This document shows, one piece after another, positions 57,518-64,000 of a stretch of DNA of 64,000 bases. The DNA is from Myxococcales bacterium (lineage in GTDB: Bacteria > Myxococcota_A > Polyangia > Polyangiales > Houyiibacteriaceae). The stretch is from contig JAHBWH010000003.1 in NCBI GenBank assembly GCA_019637115.1, positions 7,701 to 71,700 of the forward strand. Reading direction: 5' to 3'. The position numbers were made by a program, and so were the translations under genes. The notes below the pieces were generated by a model that saw nothing but the letters and a program-made list of their open reading frames with translations, searched no databases and was not told the DNA's origin. Each line of letters opens with the position of its first letter. Within the stretch, counting starts at the first letter, position 1.

Positions 57518-59029
57518 TCAGTGGAGCGCCACCGGAAGCCTTGCGCGCTGCACCTCGTCCTCGTCGATCGGGAAGCCGTCCTCGCCCACGAGCCAGGTGC
57601 GCCAGCCGCTGTCGTCCTGCTCGACGTGCGCGAGGCGGACGCGCGACCAGGGCTCGCCCCACCCCGGCGCGCTGCCGACCACGACCTCGAGAGGCACGTT
57701 CATCGCCAGCGCGGACCGCTTGAGGTCGTAGAGCATCGGCTCGTCGCGGTGGACCCACGGCGCGGGGATGCGCTCGTCGAGGAAGCCCCAGCGCAGCCGC
57801 ACCGCGCCGTGGAGGCGGCCGTACTCGTAGAGCGCGTAGAGCGACTTCACGTCGGCCTCGAGCCGGCGACGCAGCTTCGTCTCGTCGCCCTTGGCCAGGT
57901 ACTCGGCGAGCTTCTTCTCGTCGCCGAAGGGCTTGCCGATGCCGCAGGAGCCCTGCACGAGCAGCGCGGTCGTGATCTTCAGCGTGCGCCCGCGCTGGTT
58001 GAGCTTCTTGGTCTTCTGCGGTGGCCCGAGCTCAGCGAGCCGGCGCTCGCCAGGCTCGAAGCCGAGCGCGCGCAAGAGCCCGCGCACGTCGATTGCGCCG
58101 AGGACCTCGAACGCGGCGAGCCGCGACGGCAGCGACGAGAGCTCGTCGCCGACGAAGGTGGTGATCTCGCGCTCGCCGACGTCGAGGAGCGCCACGGCCT
58201 CGGGCCGGGCCGGTGGGAACGCGACCAGCAGCGCTCGCGAGAGGCTCGCGAGCTCGGCCCCGTGTGCGGCGCGCTTCTTCTCCCACTCCGCGCGCCGCTC
58301 CTCGACCACCGCAGGGTCGGTGCGCATCGTCGTGTGCCTCCGCGCGACGACGATGCGGTCGCGGACGGCCGACCGCGCCTGCTTCACGGTCGCGTCCGCG
58401 TCCGCGGCGACCGCCCAACGGCCGTCCGCGAGCACCTCGACGGCGCTGCCGCGCCGCTTGAACTTCGCGGCGTCCTCCTTGAGGCCATGCCACTTCGTGC
58501 GCGCGGCCACGGCCGCCACGACCTCGGCGGGCGTGAGCGGCCCGCCATGGGCGTCGAGCACCGCGACCGCCAGACGCTGGGCCGACCAGCTGAAGAGGCT
58601 CGCGTCCTTCCACGCCTCGTCCAGCTCGCCGACGGTGAGCGCGGTGTCGGGCCCGGGGAGCGGCGCGGCCTCGACCACCTTCGGCACAGGCCGAGCGACC
58701 TTCGGTGGGCGCAGCCCGAGCCGGAACGCCCAGAGGTCGAGCTCGTCGTCGTGCGGGTCGAGGTGGTAGAGGTCGCCCTCGCGGTAGACCGGCGGCCGCC
58801 CCGGCTTGCAGCGCTGCAGCGAGAGCAGCGCGCGCGAACTCTCAGCGATGCCGGCCTCCTCGAAGCGGGCGGCCACGTCGGCCAGCGTCATCGGCTCGCC
58901 GCGCTCGAGCAACGCCACGAGCAGGAGCGCGAACGTGTTCGCCTCGCGGTGGCTGGCCACGGCCTCGAGCTTCGGCGGCGTGATGCCGAGGGTCTGGCAC
59001 CAGTCGCTCGTGGAAGTCGGCTCAGCCAT
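57518..59029 (-). CDS. hypothetical protein (503 aa), last gene of the disrupted operon
   Basis: Coding-like composition. Its ATG overlaps the stop of the upstream (IS-disrupted) gene (ATGGCTGA). I recognise no motif. Confidence 0.55.
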   Translation of the reverse strand: MAEPTSTSDWCQTLGITPPKLEAVASHREANTFALLLVALLERGEPMTLADVAARFEEAGIAESSRALLSLQRCKPGRPPVYREGDLYHLDPHDDELDLWAFRLGLRPPKVARPVPKVVEAAPLPGPDTALTVGELDEAWKDASLFSWSAQRLAVAVLDAHGGPLTPAEVVAAVAARTKWHGLKEDAAKFKRRGSAVEVLADGRWAVAADADATVKQARSAVRDRIVVARRHTTMRTDPAVVEERRAEWEKKRAAHGAELASLSRALLVAFPPARPEAVALLDVGEREITTFVGDELSSLPSRLAAFEVLGAIDVRGLLRALGFEPGERRLAELGPPQKTKKLNQRGRTLKITTALLVQGSCGIGKPFGDEKKLAEYLAKGDETKLRRRLEADVKSLYALYEYGRLHGAVRLRWGFLDERIPAPWVHRDEPMLYDLKRSALAMNVPLEVVVGSAPGWGEPWSRVRLAHVEQDDSGWRTWLVGEDGFPIDEDEVQRARLPVALH

Positions 59030-59250
59030 CGCGCGTGCTGAGGTAGTCGAGGTCCAGCGGGTCGCTCTCGACGTACTCGCGGGCGGTCAGGTCGTCGAGT
59101 GTCTGCACCACCGCCTGGACGTCGACGAAGCGTCCGCCCTTCGGAATCCGCTGCGCATTTCGCGCATCGTGAACACCCGTATCGCCGCATTGTGATCACC
59201 TGGGTCGGCCATCGTGATCGGAGCGAAGCGACGCAGAGCGTCCGGGTGGG

Positions 59251-59988
59251 TTAGTGGGTCTTGCGGTCCTTCCTACGCGAGGGCCCCTTCAGGTCGAGCT
59301 TGTAGGCGTTGTGAACGAGGCGGTCCAAAATTGCGTCAGCGGCCGTAGCGTCCCCGATCCACTCGTGCCACTTCGCCACGGGAAGCTGGCTGGTGACGAT
59401 GGTGGAGGAGCGGCCGTAGCGGTCCTCGAGGACCTCGAGCAGGTCGTTCCTCTGGGGCTCCTTGATGGTCCCGATGCCCAGGTCATCGAGGACGAGCACC
59501 TGGGCGTTCGAGAGCTTGGCCAGTGTGCGCGCGTAGGTCCCCGAGGCCTTGGCCAGCCCCAGCTCCTCGAAGAGGCGGGGCAGGCGGCGGTAGAGGACGC
59601 GATGGCCCCGTCGACAGGCCGCCTGGCCGAGCGCGCTGGCGATGTAGCTCTTGCCGACCCCCGTCATCCCGGTGACGAGGACGTTGAGGTGGTCCCCGAT
59701 CCAGCTGCACGTGCTGAGCTGGCGGACCACCGCCTTATCGAGCCCACGAGTCGCCGAAGCTTCGATGTCCTCAATGCACGCCGAGGGGATCCGCAGCTCG
59801 GCCTCTTTCAGCAGCCGGGCGAGGCGGCGATTGTGTCGGGCTTCGTGCTCGGCCTGGACGATCAGGGCGAAGCGTTCGTCGAAGGTGAGGTCTCCGATCT
59901 TCGGGTCCTTGCGCTGCTGTTCCCAGGCCTCGGCCATGGCCGCGAGGCGCAGCGCGTAGAGATGTTCGCGTGTCGGTTCGTTCAGCAT
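59251..59988 (-). CDS. istB: IS21 helper ATPase IstB
   Basis: Walker A LVTGMTGVGKSY and Walker B VLVLDDLG. DnaA/IstB-like. Confidence 0.9.
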   Translation of the reverse strand: MLNEPTREHLYALRLAAMAEAWEQQRKDPKIGDLTFDERFALIVQAEHEARHNRRLARLLKEAELRIPSACIEDIEASATRGLDKAVVRQLSTCSWIGDHLNVLVTGMTGVGKSYIASALGQAACRRGHRVLYRRLPRLFEELGLAKASGTYARTLAKLSNAQVLVLDDLGIGTIKEPQRNDLLEVLEDRYGRSSTIVTSQLPVAKWHEWIGDATAADAILDRLVHNAYKLDLKGPSRRKDRKTH

Positions 59989-60012
59989 TCTCGTTCTCCA
60001 GTCGTCAGTCGG

Positions 60013-61605
60013 TCAGTGGTAGTAGTCGGGGCCGCGCACGTTCTCGTGTGTGATCCCGGAGTCGGTGGGCTCGGTGTCGTCGCTTGGCGTTGTCTCCCGC
60101 CCGAGCCGGAGGATTCGCTCGACCGGCTTGTACGAGCGCGCCCCGAAGGCGAGCGCCTTGGCGCATGCCGCCTCGGTTCGCTCGGGACCGTGCTTCTCGC
60201 CGATCCGCTGTAGGCCCCGCGCAGAGCGCCAGCCCTGCTCGCGGTAGGGGTTCGCGTCGAGGATCCGCTCGACCAGCGTGGCCGTCATCGGGCCGACGCT
60301 CTTGGCCCAGGCGACCACCGACTCGACACCGTCCTGGGCGTGTCGATGCTTCGGTGGCATGTGCCCGGGGTCGGTGGTGTGCTTGTAGGGTTCGCGGCTG
60401 CGTACGTGCGCGGCCACCCGCCGACCGCGGAAGAAGAGCTCCACCGTGGTCGTGGTCAGGCGCGCTTCAACCCTCTCGCCCACGAGGGCGTACGGCACCG
60501 AGTACCAGTGCTTCTCGAGCTGGACGTGGTAGTCGCGGCTCACCCTCGCCGAGCTCCAGTCCGAGACCTCGAAGCGCGTCTCCGCTAGAGCCCGCAGCGC
60601 AGGCTGGTCCAAGCGCTCGAAGAGCTCCCGCCTCGTCGCGCCTCCGTACCCCCGCATTGGGCGCTCGTTGAGCTCGATGAGCAGCTCACGGATACGCGCG
60701 TTCAGGTCGGTGAGGGAGAAGAACGTCTCGTGTCGAAGCCGAGCCAGGATCCACCGCTGCGCGACCTGCACGGCCACCTCGACCTTCGCCTTGTCCTTCG
60801 GCTTGCGCGGGCGTGCGGGCACGATTGCCGTCCCGTAGTGCCGGGCCCAGTCCGCATACCCGCGCGTGATGCCCGGCTCGTATCGGCTGGGCTCCTTCAC
60901 CGCGCTCTTGAGCTGGTCGGGGACGTAGACCGCCGTCACCCCGCCGAAGAACTCGACCATCCGCACGTGCGAACCAAGAAAGTCCTCGGTGCGCTGGGTC
61001 CTCGTCGCCTCGGCGAACGTGTAATTCGAGGCGCCGAGCGCCCCGACGAAGAGCTCGACCTCGATCACCTCCCCCGTCTGTGGATCGACGATGCTCGGCT
61101 TCTTTCCCGAGTAGTCGACGAACGTCTTTTCGCCCGCCTTGTGTACCTGTCGCATCGACAGAGGCCTCAGCGCCAGCCAGCGCCGGTACACGTCGCAGAA
61201 CGCCGTGTATCGGTACCCGTCGGGGTGCTCCTCGAGGTACTCGAGGTGCAGAAGCTCGAGCGTAACCCCCTGCTTCCGAAGCTCCTTGTGCATGTGTAGC
61301 GGGTCCGGCATCGGCCGCGCCGCTCCCGGCTTCTTCGGCCCGGTCCCGTACAGTCGCACCTCGAGTTCGTCCTCCTCGAGCCCCTCGATGGCCTCCCACG
61401 TCAGACCTGCACTCCGCGCTCGACACACCGTCTTGTCGATCACGCCCGTGCTCACCCCGACGCTCTTCGACGTGTCCCGGACGCTAAGCCCCTGCTGCCA
61501 TCGCAGTCGTAAAATCTCTTTCGTTTTCCTCATCGGCAGTCGCTCCTTCGCCATCGCGGGACCTCCTTTGGTCGCCGCACTGGCCTGAACGACGCTCTGC
61601 GTCAC
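60013..61605 (-). CDS. istA: IS21 transposase IstA
   Basis: N-terminal HTH (LSVRDTSKSVGVSTGV) and a DDE core (VDYSGK...YVPDQLKSAV...). 530-aa ORF. The true start is probably ATG 61554. Confidence 0.9.
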   Translation of the reverse strand: MTQSVVQASAATKGGPAMAKERLPMRKTKEILRLRWQQGLSVRDTSKSVGVSTGVIDKTVCRARSAGLTWEAIEGLEEDELEVRLYGTGPKKPGAARPMPDPLHMHKELRKQGVTLELLHLEYLEEHPDGYRYTAFCDVYRRWLALRPLSMRQVHKAGEKTFVDYSGKKPSIVDPQTGEVIEVELFVGALGASNYTFAEATRTQRTEDFLGSHVRMVEFFGGVTAVYVPDQLKSAVKEPSRYEPGITRGYADWARHYGTAIVPARPRKPKDKAKVEVAVQVAQRWILARLRHETFFSLTDLNARIRELLIELNERPMRGYGGATRRELFERLDQPALRALAETRFEVSDWSSARVSRDYHVQLEKHWYSVPYALVGERVEARLTTTTVELFFRGRRVAAHVRSREPYKHTTDPGHMPPKHRHAQDGVESVVAWAKSVGPMTATLVERILDANPYREQGWRSARGLQRIGEKHGPERTEAACAKALAFGARSYKPVERILRLGRETTPSDDTEPTDSGITHENVRGPDYYH

Positions 61606-62555
61606 GGTCTCGTCCTCGATCCCTCTGGCGTGGCCCCGAGACCGCCGTCCTAGACGCCGAGCCCGGCGTTCATCACGCCGGGTTCGGTGTCCACGACGCC
61701 GATCTCGGTGTTCACGACCGCGATCCCGCCGTCCACGATGGCGCGATCTCGGTGTTCACGTGGCCGATCCAGGTGTCCACGAACCGCCGATCCGGGTGTC
61801 CACAATGCCGCGATCTCGGTGTCCACGATGGCGCGATGCGCGCAGAATCCGCTTCTCCCACTCCTCGAGGAACTGATCCCAGCGCTTGCCCTCGAACGTC
61901 GCGTCGTCCGCGTCACGGATGAACCAGAACGCGAGCTTCACCGCGTCGGCATCCCAAGACGGCTCCGCGCGAACACGAATCTCCCGCAGGGCTCGCAGCG
62001 CCCGGCCCTCGTCGCTCTGCTTGTCGTGCTTCGACGACATCCGGTTCATGAGGGGCGTCGCGAACTCTACGAAGTCGTCTGGAAACGCGACGCGCGCCCG
62101 CTTCCTCGCGAGGGCGAGCGCGAGCCGGCGGGCCTCGGCGTCGGTCTGCCAGCCGGCCACGCGATCCCAGCCGGCGACCACCGCCTTCTCGATGGTCATC
62201 ACACGATCGAGATCTCCGACGAGGCCGGTCAGCCAGCGCGGGGACGAACGCGTAGTTCGGTCGGCGGCCCCGCTCGATCTCCCGGTGCTGGGCCTCGTCG
62301 ACCTCGACGAGCGGGCACACCTCGACGAAGGGCCGCTCGCTGGACTTCCTCACCAGGTCGCAGGTCTGTGTGAGCACCATGAAGCCGAAGACCTCGGACT
62401 CCGCCGTGTCGACGCCCTCCGCGGCTGCTGCGGCGCCGTCCGACGTGAGCGGCCGTTCGAGGTCCGTGCGGAACACGAACCACTGCTCGCCGACGACGCA
62501 GTCGCCCTGCCGCCAAGTCAGGAGCGCAGCGTCGACCTGATCGCAGCCATCGGCA

Positions 62556-63269
62556 TCAAGTGGTTCCACGCCGCGAGTTCCTCACGGTGCGGGCGGCGCG
62601 TGCACGCCCGGGGTCCCGATGCACGCGGTCGTGCTGCGCAAGGGCCAGCTCCTCCGGGGGAAGCGGCGCGCGCGCAGCCTTAGCCTCCGCGCTGAGTTCC
62701 CCGAGCACGGGGCGAGGACGCCCTGCCCCGACGCCGAGCCGCGCGCGCGCCTCGTCGAACCGCTCCTCCACGAGCAGGTCGAAGGCAGAGGAGCCATCGT
62801 GCACGTCGAGGAGCGCCGAGCGTGTGGAGCGCGCGTCGCCCCGATCCGCGGTTCGGACGATGTCGAGCACCTGGAGTAGGCGCGTCTCGTTCTCCGCGTT
62901 GAGGGATTTGCCGCTCGCCCAGAAGTGAACGCTCCGGCGGGAGACCGCGAAGAGCTGTCCAAGCTGCTCCCAGGTCAGGCCCGAGATGCGCCGCAGCTCC
63001 GAGACGGCGTCCCGCGTGGCCTCGTGCGGCTGCTCGGCGCCTTCGCGTTCGGGCAGGGCCCAGCCCTCGCCGCTCGCGGTCGCGTCGTACTCGTGGACGT
63101 AAGGCGCCTCCCAAACACGGTTGGGCTCCGCCGACGACGTGCCCGACACGGAGAGCGCACCGCTGACGACGATCACCGACAGGCGGGGGAGCCGCTCCCG
63201 CCCGAAGACCGATGCCGACGTGGTGACCTCGTACAGAGGCCCGCTGCTGTCGATGGTCTGAAGGTTCAT
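62556..63269 (-). CDS. Xre-like HTH protein with a MbcA/ParS (DUF2384)-like C-terminal pattern
   Basis: Internal ATG at 63269 (ATGA overlap). LTWEQLGQLFAVSRRSVHFWASGKSLNAENETRLLQVLDIV...SSAFDLLVEERFDEA. Confidence 0.55.
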   Translation of the reverse strand: MNLQTIDSSGPLYEVTTSASVFGRERLPRLSVIVVSGALSVSGTSSAEPNRVWEAPYVHEYDATASGEGWALPEREGAEQPHEATRDAVSELRRISGLTWEQLGQLFAVSRRSVHFWASGKSLNAENETRLLQVLDIVRTADRGDARSTRSALLDVHDGSSAFDLLVEERFDEARARLGVGAGRPRPVLGELSAEAKAARAPLPPEELALAQHDRVHRDPGRARAARTVRNSRRGTT

Positions 63270-64000
63270 GGCTGGCCTCCGTAGCGCAGCAGGAGCTCGT
63301 CGGTGACCGCCCACCGAAAAATGCTGTAGATCCGCTCGGCGAGGCTCCGCGCCTGCGCGACCGTGGCGTCGACGTCGAGCGCGCGCGTGTCTCCTTGGAA
63401 GGCGTCGACGTCGAGCAGCCAGCTCGGCTCCTCGATGGGCTCGACCGCCGCCGGGTCGACGGTGGAGCGGCCGGGGACCAGGCCCCACCGAGCCGTCACG
63501 AGCCCCGCCCCCTCGGGCAGGACGAACACGTGCTCCGAGAGCGCGTGCCGCACGAGCTGCGCGAGCGGGGTCGAGAGGACGCCGCTCACTTCCGGACGCA
63601 CCAGCGCAGGGAGTTCGGCGAGGTTCGCACCGGTGACCCGATCGATGTAGCGGACGCCCAGCCGGTCGATCACCTTCGGGTCGACGTGCTCCTCGAGGGC
63701 GCGGAGCACGCGGCGGAAGCGCGCCAGGAAGTCATCGCGGCTGGTGTACCGGCCCGTCTCGAGCGCCAGGAAGTCGGGGGCGAGCGTCACCCTCCAGTCC
63801 GACCGCACGTCGTGGAAGCGCCACGCCGTCGTGGCCCGCGCGTCGCGGACCCCGTCGGGGCCAAGCACCACGCTCCGGCTCTGTTCGGGCCGCAGAACGG
63901 GGTAGTCCTTCCGGACGGCCTCCTGAAACGGGGCGATGAACTCACGCTTCTCGACCGACGCGATGACCGGGAACCGCACCTGGGTGATCACGCGCACAAG
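63266..64000 (-). CDS. TIGR04255-like protein (5' end probably beyond the window)
   Basis: LVRVITQVRFPVIASVE...GVRYIDRV pattern. The frame is open to the window edge. Confidence 0.5.
   Translation of the reverse strand, partial: LVRVITQVRFPVIASVEKREFIAPFQEAVRKDYPVLRPEQSRSVVLGPDGVRDARATTAWRFHDVRSDWRVTLAPDFLALETGRYTSRDDFLARFRRVLRALEEHVDPKVIDRLGVRYIDRVTGANLAELPALVRPEVSGVLSTPLAQLVRHALSEHVFVLPEGAGLVTARWGLVPGRSTVDPAAVEPIEEPSWLLDVDAFQGDTRALDVDATVAQARSLAERIYSIFRWAVTDELLLRYGGQP

Larger units (their letters stand above)
59152..61844 (-). mobile_element. IS21-family insertion sequence (2693 bp) with an 8-bp TSD
   Basis: Ends TGCGCATTTCGCGCATCGTGAACACC / (rc) TGCGCGCATCGCGCCATCGTGGACACC. Flanking direct repeats GAATCCGC at 59144-59151 and 61845-61852. 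Reiterated GTG(T/G)(T/C)CACGA motifs lie inside both ends. It contains istA and istB. Confidence 0.85.
59022..62569 (-). pseudogene. unknown gene disrupted by IS21 (and apparently by an upstream frameshift near 62235)
   Basis: Removing 59152-61852 joins ..WDQFLEEWEKRI to PKGGRFVDVQAVVQTLDDL..STRDG* in frame. The N-terminal 110 codons (MEPLDADG..NYAFVPALA) are in another frame from ..WLTGLVGDLDRVMTIEK. Confidence 0.7.

Noticed and set aside
61650-61832. Cluster of GTGTCCACGA / GTGTTCACGA repeats as an independent tandem repeat or regulatory array
   Set aside because: It lies inside the right end of the IS21 element and mirrors motifs at the left end (59165-59215). This fits the multiple terminal IstA-binding repeats of IS21-family elements.

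Overview
This is a 64-kb, very GC-rich bacterial segment. I found no rRNA, tRNA or CRISPR array by eye. It reads as a mosaic of mobile and defence DNA.

- **nt 1-20.6k, phage-derived module.** It carries terL, a catalytic-domain-only tyrosine recombinase, and recombination nucleases (a Hjc-like resolvase, a DEDDh exonuclease fusion, a Cas4/RecB-like nuclease). It also carries three sigma-70-like paralogues, a Com-like Zn ribbon, an SSB-like protein, DinG-like and SF2 helicases, and a primase-polymerase/helicase. A partial internal duplication is separated by a decayed IS66 fragment.
- **20.6-25.6k.** An orphan three-gene minus-strand operon ends in a Cys-rich Vsr/DUF559-like nuclease and lies downstream of an XRE/ImmA pair.
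- **25.7-28.7k.** DUF2924 plus a large serine recombinase module.
- **28.9-43.1k.** A complete type 1 BREX locus (brxA-brxB-brxC-pglX-pglZ-brxL) preceded by two extra small genes.
- **43.4-46.9k.** A methyltransferase-DUF262-HEPN operon.
- **46.9-51.3k.** A NurA-like/HerA-like pair with a divergently transcribed EndoIII-like glycosylase.
- **51.3-57.5k.** A GNAT fusion, about 750 bp of structured non-coding DNA, a second (frameshifted) serine recombinase, decayed AbiE genes, and a diverged ~250-bp direct repeat.
- **57.5-64k.** A four-gene operon (TIGR04255-like, Xre-like, two unknowns) cut by an IS21-family element with a clean 8-bp target duplication.

The best candidates for undescribed systems are the A-B-C nuclease operon at 20.6-24.4k, the glycosylase + NurA/HerA cluster, and the MTase-DUF262-HEPN triad. 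All functional calls come from motif recognition by eye. No database search was run.
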